This document shows positions 49,375 through 62,444 of a stretch of DNA of 64,000 nucleotides, piece after piece (within the stretch, counting starts at the first letter, position 1; each line of letters opens with the position of its first letter). Below the pieces are notes generated by a model. That model made no database searches and had not been told where the DNA came from. It saw only the letters and a program-made list of their open reading frames with translations. The translations under genes and the position numbers were made by a program. The stretch is from Podarcis filfolensis. Lineage: Eukaryota. The stretch lies in the NCBI GenBank assembly GCA_964270895.1, contig OZ185436.1; one strand, written 5' to 3'.

Positions 49375-50969
49375 GCATTTAAGGTGTTGGACAGAACCCA
49401 GCTGCAAATCAGGCTTTAATTTCTCAGAGTTGGGGAACAACCCTAATTACTTCTTAATCCCAGAATCTTAGGTGTGTAACTTGATAAAGCACCAGTGAAG
49501 TACTTACTCAGCCCGAAATGTCAATCTTGAAATTTCAATCAATTCTCTTCTGGAGAACTCTTCATCAGGCAATCTTTTGTTTGGTTCGGAGGACTGAATC
49601 TGAGACAGTTTCCATGCAGAGCATGTGGAAGATCCCTTCCCCCAAAACATTACAAGAGTAACATCTGAACCCTCGCCTGCAGAGCACAATGGATTTCTAG
49701 CCTATTGCCTTCATAACATGGCCTCCTTGTCCAGCCTGGACTGACACACTGAACAGAAGCACTTCATACTGCAACATTTTGTTGTGGATCCCGCTTGTGT
49801 AAACACACACAAATAAACACAGTGAAGATGCTAATTAAATCTTATACATTTGCAGGGCTTGCAGGCCCTGAATTAGCTAATCACTAAAATATTCCTAAGC
49901 AGCTAGGGAGGGTTTATGATAAAGGCAATTCATAAAAGGATTTCGTATCTGCACTTTCTCATTTCGTTTTACCCCCCTCCCCTCCTCTTTCGGCGCTCGT
50001 GCAAGTTCTATCTTTAGGAACAGAAATGATAAATCTAGTCTGCTGCAATGTATATTTAAGTAGTCACAGGCAGAAACAGAACACCCTTCGGTGCAAGAGA
50101 ACTCCTCTCTCCCAGACAAGAGACGGAGGAATTGTGAAATGTTTGTTGTAAAGCTTGCAAGAGCTCTTGACTTTTGGCTAAACTGGCAGGTGGCCATACA
50201 ACTGCAAACACTCTTCAGAAGTTTTCTTTTTTGCAGCAGTGCTAAATGTACTCACTACCAAATGCGAAAAATAAATCTTTTGTGTGTGGAGCGAATTGTG
50301 GCAGACATACCCACTCCGTACGTAATTGTTGCAACATTTCAGTAGAAAATGCTATAAAGCTTAAACAAGGATATTGTATTCTCACTGGAAACACCCAAAA
50401 CAGCACCTTGAAAGGTGTGGTGAATCAGTAAATCTAGAGTGTGCAGGTAATAACCTCAACACCCAGAGCCATTTCTTGCACTTGCCATCCTTTATCCTGG
50501 CTCTTGTGTAATGCAGTCTCTGCTGTTCTCATCAAACGGATGTGGCCAACCACTCATGGTCACTGGGGAAGTGAAGTCACTCCCCCCAGTTTGATGGATG
50601 TCCAGCTATGGTGAAACGTCATGCATAATGAGAACAATGATGCACAAGCAGGGTGGGGAGGCAAATTTGAACAGGAAGGGGGGTGCTGTACACTGAACAT
50701 GTGAAGTACTTTTAAAGCACTTTGTTCCTAATCCCCTTGACTTTTGTCTACCATCTAAGAGTAGCTATGTTCATATGCTTCAGCTGTACCCAATTACCAG
50801 TGACAGCCCTGTTTTTTCCTGTGCTCGCCCTTGTTTTTGGGGATGCTTTTCCAAAAAAAGTTGTTAGTGTGCACACATGCAATAGAGTTGGCATCCAGAG
50901 CAGCAGGGGAGCTCTGTGGAACAATGCACCTTCCGTTCTTCTTGAATAGAGCCAATCAGGCTACAGTTC

Positions 50970-51110
50970 TCCATGCTCTTGGACATCCAGGTTAGACTAC
51001 TACAACCCGTTGCATGTGGGGCAGCCTTTGGACACTGTTCAGAAGTTTTCAGTGGGTTCAGAAGACAAGTGCCAGTATGTTAACTGGAACATGTTGTTTG
51101 GAACATACTT
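50970..51110 (+). mobile_element. Degenerate L2 ORF fragment
   Basis: ccatgctcttggacatccaggttagactac...gggcagcctttggacactgttcagaag resembles the HAL(V)TSRLDYCN...LQ segment. Confidence 0.55.
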
Positions 51111-51324
51111 TGATGGTTTGTTTGGTTTTTTAAAAGTCACTGACTTCTGGTCTGTTTGTTTTGTACACCTGCATTTTGACCTATAAAATCATAAACCAAC
51201 CTTACCCCAACCTGATGCCCTCCAGATGTTTTGCTTGACAATCATAATCATCTCTCACCTTTGGCCATGCTGACATGCCTGATAGGAGTTGTAGTCCAAA
51301 AAAATATGACAGTATATGACACTT

Positions 51325-51497
51325 TCTGACAGTAAGAGCTGTTCAACAGAGGAATGGAGTCCCTCAGGAGGTTGTTGACTTTCCTTCCTTGGAGGTTTTT
51401 AAGCAGAGGCTGGATGGCCATCTCTCATGGATACTTTAACTGAGTTTCCCGCATCAGGGGGATTGGACTAGACTTCCAACTCTCAGATTCTATGAAC
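51325..51497 (+). mobile_element. CR1 3' end
   Basis: ttctgacagtaagagctgttcaacag...ggaggtttttaagcagaggctggatggccatct...agattctatga. Confidence 0.8.
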
Positions 51498-54400
51498 TTC
51501 CTTTGAGAGCTTTTAGGTGGTAGGAAAGATGTTTTAAATAAACAAAAAAGTTGCCCCCTTGAGGTTTCATTCCCTCGCCTTCTCAAGAGTTCTTGGGAGT
51601 GCCATCTCTACATGGAGGGGAGATGCACGTTTCCTGCATTTGTTTACAAGATTTATACCCTTCCTTTCAATCAAATGATCCTCAAGGTGGCTTACAAGAA
51701 ACAGGTACTAATGCATGGAAACCAAAAATCGTAGCCCAGCGACCCTTAAATCTTCTAGCTAATAGAAGGGGCCAGACTGGGCTGCTGCTTCTTTACTCTA
51801 CAATGGATAGGGCCCAGCTGGGCTTCCCCTTGCAATCATATTGTTCCTGGAGCACAAGGGGACAGCCTCCCAGTGGTCCTTGTTCCCCTGGCTAGTGGCA
51901 GAGGCCAGAGTGTGCTTCCCTTCTGCTTCCTATTCACAGAGCGTGTTGACTAAGGCACTTATGCACATGACTGCAGAGGCATGAACAGCAAATGCAGTGT
52001 GCAGCCTTGCCTGCTGCAGCTGGTGAGTCTGGTAACCACACCTACCTCAAAAGGCTTGCAGGGCAGTCAATGAACATTCAACCATGTGAATGTGCAGTCA
52101 GGCAAGTGATCCTTGGTACAAGACAAGGAACATTGCAAGAGCGCACAGGAGCAAGCCTATTTTAATCTGTGAAATATTGGCAAGTATACGCGTGACACCC
52201 TCTGATCTGTTAACTTCAGAGTGCTTGCACCTTCACTGATATCTGATCTCTCCCACTTAGTGATGGCGCCACCATCCGCATTAGCTTGTCCAGACCTTAT
52301 AGTCAAAACATTGAGCATGTGCACATAAGCATGATGAGTGGGTGTTAAGGCTAATAGGCCAGACAAGGCTGAAGGCAATGTGAGCGGCAGTGGGGTGGGA
52401 ATTCCCTCCCTAAGACAAACAAGACACATAAATCAGGTGGGGTGTGGACCAGATGCCTGGGTGTAACAGCTATAAAGGCTCCAAATATCAGTATTGGGTA
52501 AATGCAACAGCGATAGGGAAATGGTGCTGCCCTAGCCCCATTTCCTCACTCACTGCCCTAGCCCCATTCCCATTAAGCTGCTTCATTGCAAGGCTCCACA
52601 ATTTTTGGCCGGCCTTAGGAGCTAAGCCAAAGGTTGTGGTTGCTGGTACAGCTGCCCTCTTCCTTTGTCACTGGCCACACACAGAGCCGCCACTCTTTGT
52701 CAGGGACAAGATCTGGAGCTGGAAAAGAGGGCAAGAGGAGCTTGCTGATTTGCCCACTTTACAGTGCATCTCAGCCATTCCCCGCCCCCCAAGACAACTG
52801 GTATTCTGCTGATATAGCTGGCTGAGCAAGTCAAGGTGCTCTGGATGCTTTTCTAGTTCGACCAGTGAAGGCCCCCCCATCACTCCTTCCTGCTGTGGAG
52901 CATGAAAAAAAACAACAGGAAGGTTGGTGGTTTCATCAGTGTGCTGCCGAGACACTTCAGGTACCTTGGGAATTAAGTGGACAAGCAATTCCCTTCTTGT
53001 AGCTGGGGAAGAGGTAGGAATTCCACTGGGATGATCCTCATCCACCTCTGCATCCCTAAAGCTTGGAACAAAAGCTAGGGTGTGCCATGTTTGCCAGACA
53101 ACTGCAGCGCACTCACCCTAGCAAGCATGGCGAAAAAACAGAAATGCGGAATGTTCACATTCAAGCATCCAGGTGTGATGCTCATGCTCACATTACCCTG
53201 ATTCCTATCTATCTTCAAGCGACTGAAATATTGCCACACAAAGAACAGGCACAGAAACCACCCTCCCATGTCTCAGACACCATGGCAGGAGCCTACTGGG
53301 GTATGTTGCAAAACCACATAGAAGGAGGCTTGCATTATATATGACTGGCAAATGTTTAGGAGCAGTGAGAGCTGTGTGGTGAAGGGAGCTGCCATGACAC
53401 CTTCTCTAGAGACTTCTCAGAAGAGCCTGGATAAAATCTTATAAGCAAGGGATAAGTATGGGTACAGGGGTAGGCTTCCATGTTAACATACTAACATATG
53501 GGATACTATCATACTAACATATGGGATTTAATGGGTAATGTGAGAATCACAACATTAATTGGCAAAGAACAGCTATAGGGCACTTCAAGGTCAGGTATCC
53601 ATCCCATGCCCCCGAGTCAAGTTCCTTCTAACTACATAGACTCTCCCAATGTTTCCAAGGTTGTTCATTCCCAAAATTTAGGTACCTATGGAACTCCCTA
53701 CCCCCCCCCAATACTGGAGATGGAGTATACCAAAAGCTATTGGTCTGCCACTGATGGGTTGGGACCCACTATTGAACCACAGCCTAAACTCAAGTAGCCT
53801 GCAACAGCAGCACAACCACTGTACAAATACATAGCAATAATAATAATGCTGCACCTTTGGGTTAAAGGTAGGTCTCAGATTTGAAAAGACCAAAGACTAC
53901 TGCTATAAACCACCCTATACAGAAAATCAATGGTTTGGTTTACAGTTAGAAGTTCCTTCCAGACAGAATCATAGGGCTGCAACCAAAAGCTCATTGCCTA
54001 AACACTGTGCACTCCCCCCACATCTGTCAGCCTTCCCAGATTATCCCAGGCAATCTCACCAAAAGTGTGCCACAAGCAAAGCACAGGAGCCAACAAGAAA
54101 TGTTAGTACAAAGCGTTGCAAAGCTGGCGGCTCAAGCAAAATGCCAAAAGAAAAGCCAAAGCAGAGGGCAAAAAAAGGCCAAGGTCACTGGCAACCAGGA
54201 TGAACAGCACTTTTTCACCTAACGTTGTACATGATTTAGGGTTTGTTTAGTTTATGTATAGGCAATCTTAGCCATGGTGCTAGCCTACCCGGAGGAACAA
54301 ACACAAGATAAGAAACTGCTGGAAGTGTTTAGTTTGCCTCAAGTGGTGTTTGTGTGTGCAGAGTGTCATTTATGTTCTCTTTGTGCCCTGAGCACAGAGA

Positions 54401-57179
54401 AAGGCAAGTCAGGTGGAGACTGAAATAAACACAGGCTGAACTGCGCAGGCAGGTTTATCCTATAGGTGTGTAGAGTGCTGGTTTCAATTGGAAGGAACTT
54501 GTGCAATGTTCATTGTTAAGAGCCCGCCCAGTGTTAAAAGACATGGCATTGAAAAGATGACAGTGCTTGTCTAAGGAAAGTCTGTGGTCAAAGCACCAGG
54601 GTGTGTAAAAATAAACATGACCAGCAAGTCACAAATGTGCTCTAAATCCCATTAATGTTTTTCCTCCTGTCCAGCTTGTCCAATTCAGAAACCCGAAAGG
54701 AGAGAAAGGGAAGAAAGGAAAGGGAGAGTAGATGCAATTCAGCAGGGTGTTATTAAGCCATTTGCTTCTCTGCAGAGGCTTGGTATTTAGATGTGCACCA
54801 TGCCTAGGGCAAGGGAGTTCCTGGAGAATTCTAGGACAAATGGGTCAGCAAGCACAGTAATTGATGTCTTGCTTGCAGCAGAAGCATCCCAACCTGTTAA
54901 GGGACTTCATTTCTGGAAAGCTTGGGTTAAAATCAAAGCTAAGTACATCACAGAATGAGGTTCCAACCCAAACCGGGAGTCTTGTTGTATCATCACTGTG
55001 CACGGAGACAGCCAAACCCACACCTGATACTGGGCTCCATTTTAACTCCACAGTATGTGGTAGTAACTACTGAAATGCCCCCTGTTGCGATGGTTCCATG
55101 TGTGTGTGTATGGCTAGATGACCCACATCCTGCAAGAACCCATGGGAGAACTACCGCCATAACCACATGCAGGTTTTACTGCTCATGAAAATCTAGTCAC
55201 CAAACGTCAGGACTGTGAGGCTGGCCTATGCTTAGTCACAGAGTGAAAGTGCAACATGAAGCATGTTTGCTCAGAACTAAGACACACTGAATTCAGTGGG
55301 ACTTATTCCCTAGCAATGGAGCCTAACAGAGCAAACCTTTCGTCTCAGTCAGCTACACTGGTGTAAGGTCAGGGAACACGGTGGGTTCTTAGACTCTTAC
55401 ATGGCAGAGATTTCCTTTTGCAATCGGCTGCTAACAGGGTTCAGATTAAGCTTGCTCTTCCTCTGACACACTGCTGACGCCACCCATTTTCAGCCTTTCT
55501 GCCAGCATAATATCAAGCTGGTGTATCCCGAGTGCCATGCCCGGGTAAGCCTGAGGTCAGCATGACATTGCTAGTGCTGAGGACTTGCACCAAATCATGA
55601 AACACTCCAGTTGATGTAAATGGGAGCACAAGATTAAACCGTGAACGTTGTAGAAGGCAAATGTGATGCCAGGAACTCAGTAATGATTAAAGGATTACTT
55701 CTTTAAATATATAACTAGTCCATAACTAATACTGGATTCTCAACTCATTTTGTGCTTATTTCTATCTTTTTAAATGCAAAAGCTGGTACCATTGCAAAAT
55801 AATTTAACAGCCATATAATGATGTCCCTTTAATGACATCAATGTTCAGTTGAATAAAAATTTATCACCCACCCACCATCATTACAAGGGCTTTTAATTTT
55901 ATTTTAAAATTTAATCTGGTGGTTTTGGGCTATGGAGGAAGCTTTTCAACTCCTTACTTTGCCCACAAACCTCTTCAAGGCCGCTCCTCAGCCCCCTTCC
56001 CCCCTATAAATGTAGAATCACATAAATGTGTTGTACATCTGGCAGCATGCAAATTAGGGTACTTTTAAAAAGAGGAACAAAATGCCATAAAAAGGCTACT
56101 AAAAAAGGAAATAATATCCCAAGAAGAAGAAGAAACCATAAGCAACTGAAAGAGGATAGGATGTGCAAAGGCTCATAAAACGTGAGCAAAAAAGGAACAA
56201 CTTGTTAAATAGTAGATGAGGACAAGCTGTGCAAAAGAATTGTTCTGCAACAAGCATGGCACCAGTACAGTTGAAGCACAGCCACTCCTTGCAGCCAAAT
56301 GACACAAGATGCTTACATGGGACTCTTCCGTCTACCTGTCCACAATCCACCCATTTCAGAGATGCACACAAGCAAAGTGCCTGGTGTTGTTGTTTTTCCC
56401 AAGCACATGTTTAAATGTTATCTCAAAGCTGGGGCTTGATGCATACATTCCTTTCCCTCAACAGTTAAACATTAAATAATGTTTCAGGACTGAGATGTTC
56501 GAGAAAACTGTTATTGATCTAGCCAGGTTTCTGTACCACACCCGTCTATCTGAGCATCTCTCCTTTTGGGCTACTACATTCCTGGCCCACAGGTATGTGT
56601 GGAGAGTTGCACAAGATCACTCTTTCTCTGTTTCCACTCATTAGGCAAGGTGTGCATGCAAGAGCATTATTGATTAGTTTCACCTATCACTTCTAAAGGC
56701 TCTCTTAAAAGAGTTTTATAGTTGCATGCTCTGTGGGGGTGGGAAGAGCTGGAGTAAAAATAATGAGGTGGGAGGAGGAATATCGGAGATTTCTCAACTA
56801 GGCATATGCTCTGTTGAATGGGTTCAATGAACAGTTCCCATTTGCAAACTCGGGGTCCTGTAGCACTGGTGACAACATGCAGCAAACATCATACACTTGG
56901 TCTTCAGAAAAACAAATCCACTGACGCACACCCACACCAAGGATTTCAGAGTAAATTTAGGGATCATGGGTGCAGTAACACCTGTTTTGTCTTCTCCTGG
57001 CACCCATGAAGCCTCTGAGCCCTCCCATTTATTGCCCCCTTGTTCAAGAGATGGTGGTAGTAGTTACTCCCTGCCCCTCTCCGCCAAAACATACATAGAG
57101 CTGAAGGAGGACGTTGGAACAGCGCTATTATTTCCCAATTCCTCTTTCAGTTCTGTGTGTTTTTCAAGGCTCACATAAA

Positions 57180-57365
57180 AGGCAGGTCCACCTTATGCAT
57201 TTAAAGCACATCCAATGCACACTTGAAGCACATGACTTCCCCAAAAGAATCATGGGAGCTGTAGTTTGCTTCCCCCCAGGGTTACAATTTCCAGAAACCA
57301 TAAACTACAGTGCCAATTATTCTTTGGGAAAAGTCATGTGCTTTAAATGTATGACATGGGCCTGC
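57180..57365. mobile_element. Palindromic MITE
   Basis: aagcacatgacttccccaaaagaat / attctttgggaaaagtcatgtgctt inverted arms. Confidence 0.7.
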
Positions 57366-58062
57366 CTTAATTGTACTGAATCCAACTTTTACCAGATCCT
57401 TGGAAACTGCAAAGCGTAGGCTCGTGTGGTTTATTACTTTGCCAGCTGGGGTTGGGGTTGATCCAGGAGAGGTAGGAAGGAAGTAACCAGGGTGATGGTG
57501 CCCATGGGAATTGATTAAAAAAAATCCAGATGTGCCTATGGACTTGAATAAATTAGTCACATCTGTTATATCTGTAACCCAAACCCTATACTATTGTTTC
57601 TTGATCATGAGATGGCACTGTTTCAGGATCAGCAGAGGTGTACTAGCAGGTTTGCAAAACTGGCACCTGCCAGGGACGCAGACCTGGAAGGGTGCAACAA
57701 TCTCCTATCAGACTATGGAGATGCCTGGTGATGCACCGCCGAGATCAAACGCGGGAGAAGCTTCCCATCCTTCTTGCACTGCTGCACAAAAGCATACGGT
57801 AAAGTGATATTTTTTTGCGGGGTGTGTGTGCCAATACAGCTCCTTGCCAAGGGCGCAAGGAACGGTAGGTATTCTGAGAATCAGTCACTGATAGTTGTAG
57901 AAACTGCTATGCATATGCAAGCAGGCATTCTCCGATGCCGACAGGTTATAAGGGCGTTCCATGAAATACAATCCTAAACCAGCTTTAATAGGGAAAACCA
58001 CACCAAGCATAGTTGACAGTCAACGAATTATTAATTCCAGTTTTAGATTAATGATGTAGAAG

Positions 58063-58412
58063 GGTAAAGGTAAAGGGACCCCTGACCATTAGGTCCAGTC
58101 GTGGCCGACTCTGGGGTTGCAGCGCTCATCTCGCTTTATTGGCCGAGGGAGCTGGTGTACAGCTTCCGGGTCATATGGCCAGCATGACTAAGCCGCTTCT
58201 GGCGAACCAGAGCAGTGCACGGAAACGCCGTTTACCTTCCCACCGGAGCGGTACCTATTTATCTACTTGCACTTTGACGTACTTTCAAACTGCTAGGTTG
58301 GCAGGAGCAGGGACCGAACAACGGGAGCTCACCCCATCACGGGGATTCGAACCGCCAGCCTTCTGATCAGCAAGTCCTAGGCTCTGTGGTTTAACTCACA
58401 GCGCCACCCACC
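58063..58412 (-). mobile_element. Sauria SINE, near full length, sense to the host gene
   Basis: Reverse complement of the 35153 family, including the 5' gggtggcgctgtgagttaaaccacagagc and the (ACCTTT)n tail. Confidence 0.92.
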
Positions 58413-59170
58413 TCATGGATGCAAATCTACCTGCAAAGACATTTTCACCTTGCCTGCTTCTGAGTGAGAAGCAGTCAACAAACAGAAGGTGACACTGCCA
58501 TGCTACTCGTTATAAATACGACACCTATTGCATCTGTGACCCATATTTCTGTCTACCTCTTTCTCATGCCTCCCACAGAAACTGAGTTCTAGGGACAGCT
58601 ATTTTTCTCTTTGGCTGACAGGCAGGCTCAGCAAGAAACCACCGCCTGGCACCATCTATCCCGATACCAATTAACACACACCTAGTAAATAGAGAAAAAA
58701 GGTTGTCCTCTGTCAAAATTGTTCTCTACACCCTTAAAGTCTTTAACATAACACTGATGAGCAGCATTACTTCATCTGCACATCATTGCCACTATAACCA
58801 GTTCCTCTCAACGCTAGAACATGCAACCAACATTAATATATTCAAATCATATATCTTGGCAAAGTCACAAGAGCAAATTAGCAATGTTTACGTTTCGAAC
58901 ATTTTCAAATTTCTTTAGCATATATAAGTAGGTACACATTCATCTGCACACCTGCAGAGATACTCACACCCATTTGTTTTGGCAATTCATTCTCACTTTC
59001 ATTCCCACCTTGTTCTGGATTTCTTAGTTGTAATTTTTTTTAGCCTAGCTCCAACGTTTCCAGAAAGTACACTTGACAATGGTCAAAACGCTTGTTGGAA
59101 AATACTGATGACTCCAACATCTTACTCTTACTGAATCTAGCTGAAGGATGGTCACGAAATTTCTTTAGAA

Positions 59171-59387
59171 CAGGGATGGGGAACCTCTGGCCCTGCAGAA
59201 GTCAATGGACTCCAAACATCCCTGACCATGTGGGCTTTCCATCCTTCCATAGACATCTACTTGGCCACTGTGAGAACAGGATGCTGGACTAGATGGGCCA
59301 TGGGCCTGATCCAACAGGCTCTTCTCATGTTCACTGCCCATGCTGGCTGAGGCTGCTAGGTGCTGAAGTCCATCAACATCTCCATCC
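59171..59387. mobile_element. hAT MITE interrupted by a CR1 3' tail (59229-59332)
   Basis: Left arm cagggatggggaacctctggccc...catccctgacca; CR1 tail ...ggccactgtgagaacaggatgctggactagatgggcc...cttctcatgttc; MITE resumes actgcccatgctggctg. Confidence 0.7.
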
Positions 59388-59676
59388 TTCATCATGACAC
59401 ACGATGGATGCTGTTACCTTGTTGAGTAATGCCTAGATGGGACACCACCTGAAAAACCCACATACTCTGCCTTGAATTCCCTTATGAAAGATACAAACAT
59501 ACTTAAGTTTACTTACTTAAGAAAAAACCTTTGCCTTTATTTCCCCTTTACTTCTCTAATCAGGAACTTCCTGTATAAGCTACATCTGTGCACTTTAACG
59601 GGCTATCTACATATTATATACCTATTTTGAGTAGCGAAGATTTGTGTGCCTACTTAACTCTTCACCCACTTAAGAC

Positions 59677-60209
59677 CATAATAAGCAGAGCTTGCTGGAT
59701 CAGGCCGATGCCTCATCTTGGTTTTTTTTTAATATTAAATTTTTATTATTTTCCTTTAAACAGCTTTCCAAACAATACATTGATCAACATAAAACCCTTT
59801 TTTGCTCTGCCGAGCTTACGACTTCCCTCCTTCCCTTCAACCGGTATCCCATATCAAATCCAATCGTGCAATCTAGCTCTTTACTATATGTCTACAGGAT
59901 TTACTTCAATCCTGCTAGTGTCTTCAAATTTTTACAATTATCACAGGCCAATGCCTCATCTAGTCCATCATCCTGTCCTCACAGTGGCCAACCAGACGTC
60001 TGTGGAAAGCCTGCAAAGTGAACATGAACACAATGGCACTCTGCCCACCTGCGATTCCTAGCAATCAGTATTCAGAGGCTTGATGCCTCTGACAATGGAG
60101 GCAGAACACAGCCATCATGGCTGGCAGGTGCTGATAGCCTTACCTTCCATGAATCTGTCTAATAATCCCCTTTAAAAGCCATGCAAGTTGGTAGTCATCA
60201 CTGCCTCCT
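59677..60209 (-). mobile_element. CR1 3' end interrupted by a poly(A)-tailed insert
   Basis: agagcttgctggatcaggcc...catctagtccatcatcctgtcctcacagtggccaaccag...taaaagccatgcaagttggtagtcatcactgcctcct. Confidence 0.8.
59719..59943 (-). mobile_element. 225-bp poly(A)-tailed retroposed fragment (L1-type 3' UTR) nested in CR1
   Basis: 18-bp TSD CAGGCC(G/A)ATGCCTCATCT at 59701-18 and 59944-61; T-run and TTTATT at the left end. Confidence 0.8.
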
Positions 60210-61286
60210 TTTCTCCACTCCAAACTGCCCTCCTCACACCCTGCTTTTTCCTGCAACCAACACTAGTTTTGGACCTTGCAGGGAGACAAACTGCATTGGG
60301 GTGCACTTTGAAGCAAAGATACAGAGTTCAGTAATGAGTTACGCCCCTCTTGCTCACTCTGTTTCAATATTCAAAATCTCACCCAGTGCGCTTTCCTTTT
60401 TTAAAACCAAGCCATCAGGGCATTGTTAACTACACCGGGCACAGCACATAACACTTTGAGAAATGTTTCTGTGCCTCTGAAAGCAATGATTCTTGTGGGT
60501 TTGAAGAGCATAAATAGTAAATGGTGTGGCAGGAACAGCAATTAACTGGACACCAGCTCAGGCATCTATTCATATTTTTTTTAGTTGCTGCGGCAGTCCA
60601 ATGAAGGGAGCATCAAAGTGGTTAAAAGGGAAACCCCCACTTGCTAGAAACCCTTTAGAAGTATGTATCTTTAGAAGTTCTAAAAATAGTGCACTCCTGG
60701 GGGGGTTGCACTCCTAAAACAGAGGGCTAAAGTATACTAACCTGCTAGGTGTCCTGCCTTATTTTGCGCTGTCATGCATCCACTCACGAACGTCAGTAGC
60801 TTTCTTTTTGGACATGAGGAAAGGCCAAGCAGCAATTTATGGGAATGGCTGAGAGGGCGAGTCAACGGCAGGTGGAAAAATGTGACCACATGTTTTAGTA
60901 CACCCGCGAGGCTCCATCCAGCAGCTTGCGCAAATGGGCACCTTCATGCTCGCAAGGGCCTCCTCATTCATAGCTAAAGGCAAATCCCATTGCATGCTAG
61001 AGCAGGGCCATGGCGTTCATTCTGATGTTTCCATTTCAGTTGTCTAGTGGACAGCATGTCCCTAGAAGATGTAAAAAATGTTTCGCCTCCAGCCGGCCCT
61101 CCCCTTACACTGGGAAGTCGGCCATGCAATCTCCATAGCCCCCACCAGCCAGTGGTGTTCTCGTCAGCTCTGTGCTTTGGGAAGGGAAATCAGAATGCAG
61201 GAACACTGCACCAGTGGATTTTCTAGCTCACAGCCATGTGGGTTTGCCCTACACCTGATGCTAACTTAAATCCTGAAGCCTTAGAC

Positions 61287-61402
61287 CAGGGTTTCCCAAA
61301 CTTGGGTCTGCAGCTGTTGCTGGACTAGAAGTCCCATCATCCTTAGCTAGCAGGACCAGTAGTCAGGGATGTGGGAATTGTAGTCCAAAAACAGCTGGAG
61401 AA
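61287..61402. mobile_element. hAT MITE remnant
   Basis: cagggtttcccaaacttgggtc...gtcccatcatccttagctagcaggaccagtagtcagggatgtgggaattgtagtccaaaaacagctggag. Confidence 0.7.
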
Positions 61403-62096
61403 ATCCTGCCTTGGACTCCAAACAGTGGGCATAAGTTTCTCCTCTTCCTTCTTGCCACTGTGACAGAAGGCAGAAAAGCAGGTATGCTTCCGCCACCTGG
61501 CATCTGCTTCTGGAGGCTGAATGAATCTGCTGAATCAGCAACCAGGTGACTCAGTGGCCTTGTTCAGATTCAACAATGGGCCACTGTTCAGCGTTGCATG
61601 AGTGAGCCTCGCAACTCATGCGACGTGTGCTCCTGCGTGTGCTCCTGTGGCGTGGTCATGAGGAGAGAGTTGAAGCTTTTGCTTCCAGTTGCAATTAACT
61701 TCAGTTACATTGGACCATAAACTGTGGTTAATCTTCCGACTGTTTATTAAAACAAGCCAGCTTCATAAATCACAGCTTGAAGACGAGCTTGTTTATGTAA
61801 ACCATAGTTAAGACTGGTGGTGGTGGAGAACCTTTCCCAGCTTGAGGGCTTCATTCCCTTCTAGGCAACTTACCAAGTGACACATGCCTGGAGCAATAAT
61901 TGTTAGCTTACTCTCACATCCCTCTCTATCCTCAGTCCAGGCAAACAAGAAGCACATCAGAGTTTAAAGACACCTTCTAAACAGGAGTAAGAATTCAATC
62001 TCTCTGAGGTCTCACAATACTTCATTCTTGCGTTATTTCTGGAACTTATCCATCCATTTCTGTTAGTTACTTCAGGCAGAATTAAAAGTATCGGTA

Positions 62097-62119
62097 GTGT
62101 GTGTGTGTGTGTGTGTGTG
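62097..62119. repeat. (GT)n microsatellite, ~75 bp from the donor of the 85-nt exon
   Basis: Direct reading. Confidence 0.9.
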
Positions 62120-62192
62120 TCCCCATATGATTGAACAAAGTTTATTTTTCCAGCTACACACATACAATTGTAAAGGAAAGGTGCTAAATTAC

Positions 62193-62277
62193 CTTATGTA
62201 CACAGGACTTTGCATTCAGGAAAAAGAGCTCAACTGTGGTTTTGTCCTTCAGAAAGGAAATGCTTTCAATGTAAAAC
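62193..62277 (-). CDS. FRMD4B: FRMD4B exon, 85 nt, phase 2-0: (R)FYIESISFLKDKTTVELFFLNAKSCVHK
   Basis: Acceptor ctccttttttattttag|G, donor AAG|gtaatt; in frame with both neighbours. Confidence 0.96.
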
Positions 62278-62444
62278 CTAAAATAAAAAAGGAGAAAGTG
62301 ACTTTATATTACAGTACTTCCATCTGTAAACGAATAGCAATCTGCTGGTTTGTGCTATAATAATGAGAACACCATATTAGGGTGATGCTTCGATTGACTT
62401 TATGGAATAATCATGAGAGTGATGTTGCACTAAAGTCCAGCTTT

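Noticed and set aside
59588-60061. 157-aa ORF
   Set aside because: It runs across a CR1 / L1-fragment / CR1 junction on the non-coding strand of those elements.
61587-61618. Short hairpin GTTGCATGAGT...ACTCATGCGAC
   Set aside because: An 11-bp stem is too short for a pre-miRNA and lies beside palindromic repeat remnants.
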